NCBI GenBank assembly: GCA_950097015.1
Contig: CATNEN010000029.1
Span: 744,001 to 808,000 of the forward strand
Direction: 5' to 3'
Length of the DNA stretch: 64,000 nucleotides
Origin: Macrostomum hystrix
Taxonomy: Eukaryota > Animalia > Platyhelminthes
Below the pieces are notes generated by a model. The model searched no databases. It had not been told where the DNA came from and worked only from the letters and a program-made list of their open reading frames with translations. The translations under genes and the position numbers were made by a program. This document shows positions 11,582 through 24,689 of this stretch, in pieces (position 1 is the first letter of the stretch; the number at the start of each line of letters is the position of its first letter).

Positions 11582-12822
11582 CATAGCCTGCACCCACCTC
11601 CTCACTTTCTGCCTGCTGCCTTGCACCCGCCTCCTCACTTTTTGCCTGCTGCCCTGCACCCGCCTCCTCACTTTCTGCCTTGCCCTGCACCCGACTCCTC
11701 ACTTTCTGCCTTGCCCTGCACCCACCTCCTCACTTTCTGCCTTGCCTTGCACCCGCCTCCTCACTTTCTGCCTTGCCCTGCACCCACCTCCTCACTTTCT
11801 GCCTGCTGCCTTGCACCCGCCTCCTCACTTTTTGCCTGCTGCCTTGCACCCGCCTCCTCACTTTCTGCCTTGCCCTGCACCCGCCTCCTCACTTTCTGCC
11901 TTGCCCTGCACCCACCTCCTCACTTTCTGCCTTGCCTTGCACCCGCCTCCTCACTTTCTGCCTTGCCCTGCACCCACCACCTCACTTTCTGCCTTGCCCT
12001 GCACCCGCCTCCTCACTTTCTGCCTTGCCCTGCACCCACCTCCTCACTTTCTGCCTTGCCTTGCACCCGCCTCCTCACTTTCTGCCTTGCCCTGCACCCA
12101 CCTCCTCACTTTCTGCCTGCTGCCTTGCACCCGCCTCCTCACTTTTTGCCTGCTGCCTTGCACCCGCCTCCTCACTTTCTGCCTTGCCCTGCACCCGCCT
12201 CCTCACTTTCTGCCTTGCCCTGCACCCACCTCCTCACTTTCTGCCTTGCCTTGCACCCGCCTCCTCACTTTCTGCCTTGCCCTGCACCCACCTCCTCACT
12301 TTCTGCCTTGCCCTGCACCCGCCTCCTCACTTTCTGCCTTGCCCTGCACCCACCTCCTCACTTTCTGCCTTGCCTTGCACCCGCCTCCTCACTTTCTGCC
12401 TTGCCCTGCACCCACCTCCTCACTTTCTGCCTTGCCCTGCACCCACCTCCTCACTTTCTGCCTGCTGCCTTGCACCCGCCTCCTCACTTTTTGCCTGCTG
12501 CCTTGCACCCGCCTTCTCACCTTCTGCCTGCTGCCTTGCACCCGCCTCCTCACTTTTTGCCTGCTGCCTTGCACCCACCTCCTCACTTTCTGCCTTGCCT
12601 TGCACCCGCCTCCTCACTTTCTGCCTTGCCCTGCACCCACCTCCTCACTTTCTGCCTTGCCCTGCACCCACCACCTCACTTTCTGCCTGCTGCCCTGCAA
12701 CCACCTCCTCACTTTCTGCCTGCTGCCCTGCAACCACCTCACTTTCTGCCTGCTGCCCTGCAACCACCTCACTTTCTGCCTGCTGCCCTGCAACCACCTC
12801 CTCACATTCTGCCTTGACCTGC
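11582..12822. repeat. 31/35-bp C/T-rich minisatellite (CCTGCACCCRCCTCCTCACTTTCTGCCTTGC)n
   Basis: About 38 tandem copies; explains the three overlapping Pro/Leu/Cys ORFs. Confidence 0.95.
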
Positions 12823-13580
12823 ACTAAGACATAATGAAAAATATTTTTTTTAATTGGCAGAAACATATATTTACAGTATGGGTAAAACAATTTGGGGTAT
12901 TAATGAGTGACAGCTGAAGATACGTCAGATTAGAAAATTAACAAAAGAGGTTTCCAGCTGTCCATGCGAAACAACCCCGTATGAAAACAATTGAATCGAA
13001 CTGAAGCAAGTGACAAATTATAATGTTGCTAATTGTTGAGATTGGGCAAAAGGCAGCGGTGGTACTGAAGGAGGCGAAGCAACAGTCAATGGCAGGTTCA
13101 CGAGAAAAGTAAACATGGTTTAAAACTTGTGTACAAATCCAACAAAATATTTAAAGATTATTAATTCAAAAGCACAAAAAAGCTTTTAAAGACTGCAGAA
13201 CGTCTAAACACTGATACTTTGAGAAAACACTAAACCATCTATCTATTAGGTTCTTTTTTAATTACTCCAAAATTAGAAAATTAGGGTCAAAGTAATGCAA
13301 AAAGCACAGTTTTTTAATTAGAAGCGAAGGGCCCTACTGACTGGCCGCTTAACCAGACGATCTGAGCATCTGAGGGACTGACTGCTCAATCTGAGCATCT
13401 AAGAAACTGCCTGCTTAATCTGAGGATCTGAGGGACTGACTGCTCAACCGTAGGATATTGAAGGATGGCTTGCCATTTCGTTATCATTGGTTTAAAGTAC
13501 AGACAAAGTACATTATCAGGAAAGAAATCACAGTAACTATCGAGTAGTGTGCACCGATTCAACCAGCTTCAACAAGCAGC

Positions 13581-16500
13581 TTAAGAAGTTACGGCATCCA
13601 AAACAGCCAGCGGCACGCACAGCGTGGAGTCCTCCAGGCAGACAATATCGAAGCTGTTGGCGTAGCCGGCCAGCCGGTCGTCAACCCGGTCATTCAGGAA
13701 GCCAACCGTGAGCACGTGATCCGCCTTGCAACCCTCGGACATGCGCAGGTCGCCCATTGTGTCGCCCATTAGGAGGATGTTGCGTCGTTCGGCGGACGCC
13801 AGGTCGTCCGTATCGCCAGCGGCGAAGGCGGAGAAGCGTTTGTTGAAGGTGTGAATCAGAGGCTCAGAGAATCCGCGAAGTACACCCTGAAATGCAGAAA
13901 CAGACATGTGAATAAACTCGAAGAACTTGAAAAAACTTTGGATCCTTTCACAATGTCTGTTATGATATTTACATGAACTTTTTTCCTAGAATGCATCCGA
14001 TATGGGATGTTTTTGTTAAGAATACATCCCCTCTGGGATGCGTTTCCTAGAAAACATTCTCTCAAGGAACTTTCCTCTCGAATGCTTATGACCTGATAAA
14101 AGCGAAAAGTCTCACAAAGCTTGCGGACTATTTAAAGCAACAAAGCGGAGAGCTGACCTGGTCATTGTAAAGCATAAAATTGCTGACCACTCGAATCAGC
14201 CGACCGCGAATGTCGAAGTGCACTAGAATCTCTTCGATGATGTCGCCAATGCCGGCAGAGAAGATCAGGCATGGAATGTTGAGCTCAACAATGCGGTCAA
14301 AGAAGTGATGCCAGCCGTCTCTGAGAATGAGCAGATTCAATGTGACAAGGTGTCTGGGTTAAGATTCATACTTTCTCGTGTCTCATCTCTCTCTTATGTC
14401 TTACCCCTCCCAGTATCTCATCTCTCTCCACGTCCCATCTCTCCCTGTGTCTCATCTATCCCCCCTGTCTTATCTATTGTTGTGTCTCATATATCTCCCT
14501 GTCTTATCTATTGTTGTGTCTCATCTATCTCCCTGTCTTATCTATTGTTGTGTCTCATATATCTCCCTGTCTTATCTATTGTTGTGTCTCATCTATCTCC
14601 CTGTCTTATCTATTGTTGTGTCTCATCTATCTCCCTGTCTTGTATATTGTTGTGTCTCATCTATCTCCCTGTCTTATCTATTGTTGTGTCTCATCTATCT
14701 CCCTGTCTTATCTATTGTTGTGTCTCATCTATCTCCCTGTCTTATCTATTGTTGTGTCTCATCTATCTCCCTGTCTTATCTATTGTTGTGTCTCATCTAT
14801 CTCCCTGTCTTATCTATTGTTGTGTCTCATCTATCTCCCTGTCTTATCTATTGTTGTGTCTCATCTATCTCCCCTGTCTTATCTATTGTTGTGTCTCATC
14901 TATCTCCCTGTCTTATCTATTGTTGTGTCTCATCTATCTCCCTGTCTTGTATATTGTTGTGTCTCATCTATCTCCCTGTCTTATCTATTGTTGTGTCTCA
15001 TCTATCTCCCTGTCTTATCTATTGTTGTGTCTCATCTATCTCCCTGTCTTATCTATTGTTGTGTCTCATCTATCTCCCTGTCTTATCTATTGTTGTGTCT
15101 CATCTATCTCCCTGTCTTGTATATTGTTGTGTCTCATCTATCTCCCTGTCTTGTATATTGTTGTGTCTCATCTATCCCCCATGTCTTATCTATTGTTGTG
15201 TCTCATCTATCTCCCTGTCTTATCTATTGTTGTGTCTCATCTATCTCCCTGTCTTATCTATTGTTGTGTCTCATCTATCTCCCTGTCTTATCTAATGTTG
15301 TGTCTCATCTATCTCCCTGTCTTATCTATTGTTGTGTCTCATCTATCTCCCTGTCTTATCTATTGTTGTGTCTCATCTATCTCCCTGTCTTATCTATTGT
15401 TGTGTCTCATCTATCTCCCTGTCTTGTATATTGTTGTGTCTCATCTATCTCCCTGTCTTATCTATTGTTGTGTCTCATCTATCTCCCTGTCTTATCTATT
15501 GTTGTGTCTCATCTATCTCCCTGTCTTATCTATTGTTGTGTCTCATCTATCTCCCCTGTCTTGTATATTGTTGTGTCTCATCTATCTCCCTGTCTTATCT
15601 ATTGTTGTGTCTCATCTATCTCCCTGTCTTATCTATTGTTGTGTCTCATCTATCTCCCCTGTCTTGTAAATTGTTGTGTCTCATCTATCTCCCTGTCTTA
15701 TCTATTGTTGTGTCTCATCTATCTCCCTGTCTTGTATATTGTCGTGTCTCATCTATCTCCCTGTCTTGTATATTGTTGTGTCTCATCTATCTCCCTGTCT
15801 TATCTATTGTTGTGTCTCATCTATCTCCCTGTCTTATCTATTGTTGTGTCTCATCTATCCCCCTGTCTTATCTATTGTTGTGTCTCATCTATCTCCCTGT
15901 CTTATCTATTGTTGTGTCTCATCTATCTCCCTGTCTTATCTATTGTTGTGTCTCATCTATCTCCCCTGTCTTGTATATTGTTGTGTCTCATCTATCTCCC
16001 TGTCTTATCTATTGTTGTGTCTCATCTATCTCCCTGTCTTATCTATTGTTGTGTCTCATCTATCTCCCTGTCTTATCTATTGTTGTGTCTCATCTATCTC
16101 CCTGTCTTATCTATTGTTGTGTCTCATCTATCTCCCCTGTCTTGTATATTGTTGTGTCTCATCTATCTCCCTGTCTTATCTATTGTTGTGTCTCATCTAT
16201 CTCCCTGTCTTATCTATTGTTGTGTCTCATCTATCTCCCTGTCTTATCTATTGTTGTGTCTCATCTATCTCCCTGTCTTATCTATTGTTGTGTCTCATCT
16301 ATCTCCCTGTCTTATCTATTGTTGTGTCTCATCTATCTCCCTGTCTTATCTATTGTTGTGTCTCATCTATCTCCCTGTCTTATCTATTGTTGTGTCTCAT
16401 CTATCTCCCCTGTCTTATCTATTGTTGTGTCTCATCTATCTCCCTGTCTTATCTATTGTTGTGTCACATCTATCTCCCTGTCTTATCTATTGTTGTGTCT

Positions 16501-19500
16501 CATCTATCTCCCTGTCTTATCTATTGTTGTGTCTCATCTATCTCCCTGTCTTATCTATTGTTGTGTCTCATCTATCTCCCTGTCTTATCTATTGTTGTGT
16601 CTCATCTATCTCCCCTGTCTTATCTATTGTTGTGTCTCATCTATCTCCCCTGTCTTATCTATTGTTGTGTCTCATCTATCTCCCTGTCTTGTATATTGTT
16701 GTGTCTCATATATCTCCCTGTCTTGTATATTGTTGTGTCTCATCTATCTCCCTGTCTTATCTATTGTTGTGTCTCATCTATCCCCCATGTCTTATCTATT
16801 GTTGTGTCTCATCTATCTCCCTGTCTTGTATATTGTTGTGTCTCATCTATCCCCCATGTCTTATCTATTGTTGTGTCTCATCTATCTCCCTGTCTTGTAT
16901 ATTGTTGTGTCTCATCTATCCCCCATGTCTTATCTATTGTTGTGTCTCATCCATCTCCCTGTCTTGTATATTGTTGTGTCTCATCTATCTCCCTGTCTTA
17001 TCTATTGTTGTGTCTCATCGATCTCCCTGTCTTGTATATTGTTGTGTCTCATCTATCTCCCTGTCTTATCTATTGTTGTGTCTCATCTATCTCCCTGTCT
17101 TGTATATTGTTGTGTCTCATCTATCTCCCTGTCTTATCTATTGTTGTGTCTCATCTATCCCCCCTGTCTTATCTATTGTTGTGTCTCATATATCTCCCTG
17201 TCTTATCTATTGTTGTGTCTCATCTATCTCCCTGTCTTGTATATTGTTGTGTCTCATCTATCTCCCTGTCTTATCTATTGTTGTGTCTCATCTATCTCCC
17301 TGTCTTATCTATTGTTGTGTCTCATCTATCTCCCTGTCTTATCTATTGTTGTGTCTCATCTATCTCCCTGTCTTATCTATTGTTGTGTCTCATCTATCTC
17401 CCTGTCTTATCTATTGTTGTGTCTCATCTATCTCCCTGTCTTATCTATTGTTGTGTCTCATCTATCTCCCCTGTCTTATCTATTGTTGTGTCTCATCTAT
17501 CTCCCTGTCTTATCTATTGTTGTGTCTCATCTATCTCCCTGTCTTGTATATTGTTGTGTCTCATCTATCTCCCTGTCTTATCTATTGTTGTGTCTCATCT
17601 ATCTCCCTGTCTTATCTATTGTTGTGTCTCATCTATCTCCCTGTCTTATCTATTGTTGTGTCTCATCTATCTCCCTGTCTTATCTATTGTTGTGTCTCAT
17701 CTATCTCCCTGTCTTATCTATTGTTGTGTCTCATCTATCTCCCTGTCTTGTATATTGTTGTGTCTCATCTATCCCCCCTGTCTTATCTATTGTTGTGTCT
17801 CATCTATCTCCCTGTCTTATCTATTGTTGTGTCTCATCTATCTCCCTGTCTTATCTATTGTTGTGTCTCATCTATCTCCCTGTCTTATCTAATGTTGTGT
17901 CTCATCTATCTCCCTGTCTTATCTATTGTTGTGTCTCATCTATCTCCCTGTCTTATCTATTGTTGTGTCTCATCTATCTCCCTGTCTTATCTATTGTTGT
18001 GTCTCATCTATCTCCCTGTCTTGTATATTGTTGTGTCTCATCTATCTCCCTGTCTTATCTATTGTTGTGTCTCATCTATCTCCCTGTCTTATCTATTGTT
18101 GTGTCTCATCTATCTCCCTGTCTTATCTATTGTTGTGTCTCATCTATCTCCCCTGTCTTGTATATTGTTGTGTCTCATCTATCTCCCTGTCTTATCTATT
18201 GTTGTGTCTCATCTATCTCCCTGTCTTATCTATTGTTGTGTCTCATCTATCTCCCCTGTCTTGTATATTGTTGTGTCTCATCTATCTCCCTGTCTTATCT
18301 ATTGTTGTGTCTCATCTATCTCCCTGTCTTGTATATTGTCGTGTCTCATCTATCTCCCTGTCTTGTATATTGTTGTGTCTCATCTATCTCCCTGTCTTAT
18401 CTATTGTTGTGTCTCATCTATCTCCCTGTCTTATCTATTGTTGTGTCTCATCTATCCCCCTGTCTTATCTATTGTTGTGTCTCATCTATCTCCCTGTCTT
18501 ATCTATTGTTGTGTCTCATCTATCTCCCTGTCTTATCTATTGTTGTGTCTCATCTATCTCCCCTGTCTTGTATATTGTTGTGTCTCATCTATCTCCCTGT
18601 CTTATCTATTGTTGTGTCTCATCTATCTCCCTGTCTTATCTATTGTTGTGTCTCATCTATCTCCCTGTCTTATCTATTGTTGTGTCTCATCTATCTCCCT
18701 GTCTTATCTATTGTTGTGTCTCATCTATCTCCCTGTCTTATCTATTGTTGTGTCTCATCTATCTCCCTGTCTTATCTATTGTTGTGTCTCATCTATCTCC
18801 CCTGTCTTGTATATTGTTGTGTCTCATCTATCTCCCTGTCTTATCTATTGTTGTGTCTCATCTATCTCCCTGTCTTATCTATTGTTGTGTCTCATCTATC
18901 TCCCTGTCTTATCTATTGTTGTGTCTCATCTATCTCCCTGTCTTATCTATTGTTGTGTCTCATCTATCTCCCTGTCTTATCTATTGTTGTGTCTCATCTA
19001 TCCCCCCTGTCTTATCTATTGTTGTGTCTCATCTATCTCCCTGTCTTATCTATTGTTGTGTCTCATCTATCTCCCTGTCTTATCTATTGTTGTGTCTCAT
19101 CTATCTCCCTGTCTTATCTAATGTTGTGTCTCATCTATCTCCCTGTCTTATCTATTGTTGTGTCTCATCTATCTCCCTGTCTTATCTATTGTTGTGTCTC
19201 ATCTATCTCCCTGTCTTATCTATTGTTGTGTCTCATCTATCTCCCTGTCTTATCTATTGTTGTGTCTCATCTATCTCCCTGTCTTATCTATTGTTGTGTC
19301 TCATCTATCTCCCCTGTCTTATCTATTGTTGTGTCTCATCTATCTCCCTGTCTTGTATATTGTTGTGTCTCATATATCTCCCTGTCTTGTATATTGTTGT
19401 GTCTCATCTATCTCCCTGTCTTATCTATTGTTGTGTCTCATCTATCCCCCATGTCTTATCTATTGTTGTGTCTCATCTATCTCCCTGTCTTGTATATTGT

Positions 19501-22500
19501 TGTGTCTCATCTATCCCCCATGTCTTATCTATTGTTGTGTCTCATCTATCTCCCTGTCTTGTATATTGTTGTGTCTCATCTATCCCCCATGTCTTATCTA
19601 TTGTTGTGTCTCATCTATCTCCCTGTCTTGTATATTGTTGTGTCTCATCTATCTCCCTGTCTTATCTATTGTTGTGTCTCATCTATCTCCCTGTCTTGTA
19701 TATTGTTGTGTCTCATCTATCTCCCTGTCTTATCTATTGTTGTGTCTCATCTATCTCCCTGTCTTGTATATTGTTGTGTCTCATCTATCTCCCTGTCTTA
19801 TCTATTGTTGTGTCTCATCTATCCCCCCTGTCTTATCTATTGTTGTGTCTCATATATCTCCCTGTCTTATCTATTGTTGTGTCTCATCTATCTCCCTGTC
19901 TTGTATATTGTTGTGTCTCATCTATCTCCCTGTCTTATCTATTGTTGTGTCTCATCTATCTCCCTGTCTTATCTATTGTTGTGTCTCATCTATCTCCCCT
20001 GTCTTATCTATTGTTGTGTCTCATCTATCTCCCTGTCTTATCTATTGTTGTGTCTCATCTATCTCCCTGTCTTATCTATTGTTGTGTCTCATCTATCTCC
20101 CCTGTCTTATCTATTGTTGTGTCTCATCTATCTCCCTGTCTTATCTATTGTTGTGTCTCATCTATCTCCCTGTCTTGTATATTGTTGTGTCTCATCTATC
20201 TCCCTGTCTTATCTATTGTTGTGTCTCATCTATCCCCCCTGTCTTATCTATTGTTGTGTCTCATCTATCTCCCTGTCTTATCTATTGTTGTGTCTCATCT
20301 ATCTCCCTGTCTTGTATATTGTTGTGTCTCATCTATCTCCCTGTCTTATCTATTGTTGTGTCTCATCTATCTCCCTGTCTTATCTATTGTTGTGTCTCAT
20401 CTATCTCCCTGTCTTATCTATTGTTGTGTCTCATCTATCTCCCTGTCTTATCTATTGTTGTGTCTCATCTATCTCCCTGTCTTATCTATTGTTGTGTCTC
20501 ATCTATCTCCCCTGTCTTGTATATTGTTGTGTCTCATCTATCTCCCTGTCTTATCTATTGTTGTGTCTCATCTATCTCCCTGTCTTATCTATTGTTGTGT
20601 CTCATCTATCTCCCTGTCTTATCTATTGTTGTGTCTCATCTATCTCCCTGTCTTATCTATTGTTGTGTCTCATCTATCTCCCTGTCTTATCTATTGTTGT
20701 GTCTCATCTATCCCCCCTGTCTTATCTATTGTTGTGTCTCATCTATCTCCCTGTCTTATCTATTGTTGTGTCTCATCTATCTCCCTGTCTTATCTATTGT
20801 TGTGTCTCATCTATCTCCCTGTCTTATCTAATGTTGTGTCTCATCTATCTCCCTGTCTTATCTATTGTTGTGTCTCATCTATCTCCCTGTCTTATCTATT
20901 GTTGTGTCTCATCTATCTCCCTGTCTTATCTATTGTTGTGTCTCATCTATCTCCCTGTCTTATCTATTGTTGTGTCTCATCTATCTCCCCTGTCTTATCT
21001 ATTGTTGTGTCTCATCTATCTCCCCTGTCTTATCTATTGTTGTGTCTCATCTATCTCCCTGTCTTGTATATTGTTGTGTCTCATATATCTCCCTGTCTTG
21101 TATATTGTTGTGTCTCATCTATCTCCCTGTCTTATCTATTGTTGTGTCTCATCTATCCCCCATGTCTTATCTATTGTTGTGTCTCATCTATCTCCCTGTC
21201 TTGTATATTGTTGTGTCTCATCTATCCCCCATGTCTTATCTATTGTTGTGTCTCATCTATCTCCCTGTCTTGTATATTGTTGTGTCTCATCTATCTCCCT
21301 GTCTTATCTATTGTTGTGTCTCATCTATCTCCCTGTCTTGTATATTGTTGTGTCTCATCTATCTCCCTGTCTTATCTATTGTTGTGTCTCATCTATCTCC
21401 CTGTCTTGTATATTGTTGTGTCTCATCTATCTCCCTGTCTTATCTATTGTTGTGTCTCATCTATCCCCCCTGTCTTATCTATTGTTGTGTCTCATATATC
21501 TCCCTGTCTTATCTATTGTTGTGTCTCATCTATCTCCCTGTCTTATCTATTGTTGTGTCTCATCTATCTCCCCTGTCTTGTATATTGTTGTGTCTCATCT
21601 ATCTCCCTGTCTTATCTATTGTTGTGTCTCATCTATCTCCCTGTCTTATCTATTGTTGTGTCTCATCTATCTCCCTGTCTTATCTATTGTTGTGTCTCAT
21701 CTATCTCCCTGTCTTATCTATTGTTGTGTCTCATCTATCTCCCCTGTCTTGTATATTGTTGTGTCTCATCTATCTCCCTGTCTTATCTATTGTTGTGTCT
21801 CATCTATCTCCCTGTCTTATCTATTGTTGTGTCTCATCTATCTCCCTGTCTTATCTATTGTTGTGTCTCATCTATCTCCCTGTCTTATCTATTGTTGTGT
21901 CTCATCTATCTCCCTGTCTTATCTATTGTTGTGTCTCATCTATCCCCCCTGTCTTATCTATTGTTGTGTCTCATCTATCTCCCTGTCTTATCTATTGTTG
22001 TGTCTCATCTATCTCCCTGTCTTATCTATTGTTGTGTCTCATCTATCTCCCTGTCTTATCTAATGTTGTGTCTCATCTATCTCCCTGTCTTATCTATTGT
22101 TGTGTCTCATCTATCTCCCTGTCTTATCTATTGTTGTGTCTCATCTATCTCCCTGTCTTATCTATTGTTGTGTCTCATCTATCTCCCTGTCTTATCTATT
22201 GTTGTGTCTCATCTATCTCCCTGTCTTATCTATTGTTGTGTCTCATCTATCTCCCCTGTCTTATCTATTGTTGTGTCTCATCTATCTCCCCTGTCTTATC
22301 TATTGTTGTGTCTCATCTATCTCCCTGTCTTGTATATTGTTGTGTCTCATATATCTCCCTGTCTTGTATATTGTTGTGTCTCATCTATCTCCCTGTCTTA
22401 TCTATTGTTGTGTCTCATCTATCCCCCATGTCTTATCTATTGTTGTGTCTCATCTATCCCCCCTGTCTTATCTATTGTTGTGTCTCATCTATCTCCCTGT

Positions 22501-24537
22501 CTTATCTATTGTTGTGTCTCATCTATCTCCCTGTCTTGTATATTGTTGTGTCTCATCTATCTCCCTGTCTTATCTATTGTTGTGTCTCATCTATCTCCCT
22601 GTCTTGTATATTGTTGTGTCTCATCTATCTCCCTGTCTTATCTATTGTTGTGTCTCATCTATCCCCCCTGTCTTATCTATTGTTGTGTCTCATATATCTC
22701 CCTGTCTTATCTATTGTTGTGTCTCATCTATCTCCCTGTCTTGTATATTGTTGTGTCTCATCTATCTCCCTGTCTTATCTATTGTTGTGTCTCATCTATC
22801 TCCCTGTCTTATCTATTGTTGTGTCTCATCTATCTCCCCTGTCTTATCTATTGTTGTGTCTCATCTATCTCCCTGTCTTATCTATTGTTGTGTCTCATCT
22901 ATCTCCCTGTCTTATCTATTGTTGTGTCTCATCTATCTCCCCTGTCTTATCTATTGTTGTGTCTCATCTATCCCAGTGTCTCGTCTCTTTCTAAGTCTCA
23001 TCTCTCGACAATTTGTCTTTCTCTGTTCTATTTTTTTCTCGTCGACCAAGTGCTAAGGTGTTATATACATGTACGAGTTTATAAAAGAGACTTTCAAAGC
23101 CATTACCGCAGCGCAACGCCAGACACATCGACAGTCTGAGCTAGAATAGACTTTTGAAATCCGGCTTCAACCATTCTATCGTGCGATCTAGTCCACCATT
23201 CGATCATGTGAGGCACTTTCTCCTCCTCGGACATGTCAGGACAGATCTCGATAGCGTAATATTTGGTGTACAGTTCTTTAAAATAGCCATGGTCCTCGGG
23301 GGACAGGTCCGGGTAGGACTCCATTATGCCGTGCGATGAAGGCACTCGGCGACCATTCTCGGTGAATTTCGACAAAGTGTGATCAAAATCGGTGATGATC
23401 TCGAATGCCGATGGCCCAGCCTGGATCATGGCCCGCAGCTTCTCGAGAACTCGCCGCCGGTTCTTAATCACCAGGCGACACTGAGGGGAATGCGATGCGA
23501 AATATAATATGTATTTCGGACACTATAATCTTCGCTGAGGCATTGTTTGGCGACAGTCGAAACACCGGAGGCGACTCTTACTCATTCGGCCGACCACAGA
23601 GCACACAATAAGCCCCCTAGCATTATCTTCGCAGCTGTGCCCCAGATAAATGTGACGGGTCTATGAGAATTTAACGCAGGAATTTTTCCCGCAGAAAGAC
23701 AGACAGACAGACAGACAGACAGGTAGGAAGGTAAACAGGCAATCACGAGAAATTTCCTGCGGGAAATTCTCGTGCGGGGAAAGCTCGGCGGGAAAAATTC
23801 CTGCGGGAAATTCTCGTGCTCCCAAATGTGACCTCGCCGCGGATTCGAGCTCAGGGACCTCGGAGCGAGTCTCGAATTCCAAGGTAAATGAATGAGATCG
23901 GGGGTCGGTTGCTGAGCGGTTAACGTGTTTGCCTCTCGCACCAAGGTGCTAAGTTCGATTCCGCGGCGAGGCCACATTAATTTGGGTCGTGCAATTTACA
24001 CCCTTGAGGGCTAATCCCCAAGGTACAGTGAGAGTGTACACTGCCTGACGATGAGAAAGTCAGGGCAGATGTACACACCTGTGTGAGCGTGTGCCTGCGT
24101 ACAGTATCTGTGTGCGTGTGTGCTCGGGAGTCAGCGAAATGGGCTAGTGCCAATAAGTGATGTGCCATTGCCCGCAACCCTCCTGCAATTATTATTATTG
24201 CTATTATTATGAAGGTAAATCAATTTGAAATTCTACATTTCAGCGTTCGACACCAATAGAAGTTAAAAGCAGAGAAACCAGGCCGCACCTTCACATCGCC
24301 AAAGGTGCATACAACAGGCTCCTCGCTCGGCTCCTCCCGCTCCGTCTGATTCAGCAGTTGCAGCAGCGGCTCCGCCGACGCTGGCGCAGCACGCGAAGCT
24401 CGGCGCCGCCTGCCGCCGGCTGATCGTCGTTGATCACCGATGCGGCGACTTCGATAGGCCAGCAGGCAGGCTAGAGCAGCCAAGCTGGTGCCTATTATGA
24501 GCAGGCTGCGTGACTTCAGACTGTCAGCTAGCAGCAT
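13581..24537 (-). CDS. NT5C3: Cytosolic 5'-nucleotidase III (pyrimidine/m7GMP 5'-nucleotidase, HAD family) with N-terminal hydrophobic anchor
   Basis: Exons 24537-24289, 23480-23107, 14320-14158, 13886-13581, phases consistent (0,2,0). Motifs ITDFDHTLSKF (HAD motif I), MIEWWTRSH, IFSAGIGD, LIHTFNK, ILLMGDTMGD, VGFLND. Confidence 0.95.
14455..22975. repeat. ~8.5-kb 34/35-bp satellite (TGTCTTATCTATTGTTGTGTCTCATCTATCTCCC)n inside NT5C3 intron 2
   Basis: About 250 tandem copies with recurring variant units. Confidence 0.98.
23900..24210 (+). mobile_element. tRNA-headed SINE family A, near full length
   Basis: A box TGCTGAGCGG, B box GTTCGATTCC, shared body, (ATT)n tail. Confidence 0.8.
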
Positions 24538-24689
24538 GAGGACTATCTTGATCTGTATAGGCTGGACCGAAGATTCAACTGGGTGATGTCTTGGATTCAG
24601 CTGCGGCTGCTTGAAAACTGTAAATCAGGGGATGAGGTCACCACTATCTCTACTGCGCTTGCTAGTTCGACTATACGGACACAGACTAG

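Noticed and set aside
11507-12834. Pro/His/Cys-rich ORFs
   Set aside because: Open in all frames because of a C/T-rich minisatellite.
14305-23139. Giant Cys/Leu/Ile-rich ORFs of 300-2244 aa
   Set aside because: Translations of a stop-poor 34-bp satellite in all three + frames, antisense within NT5C3 intron 2; no coding signature.
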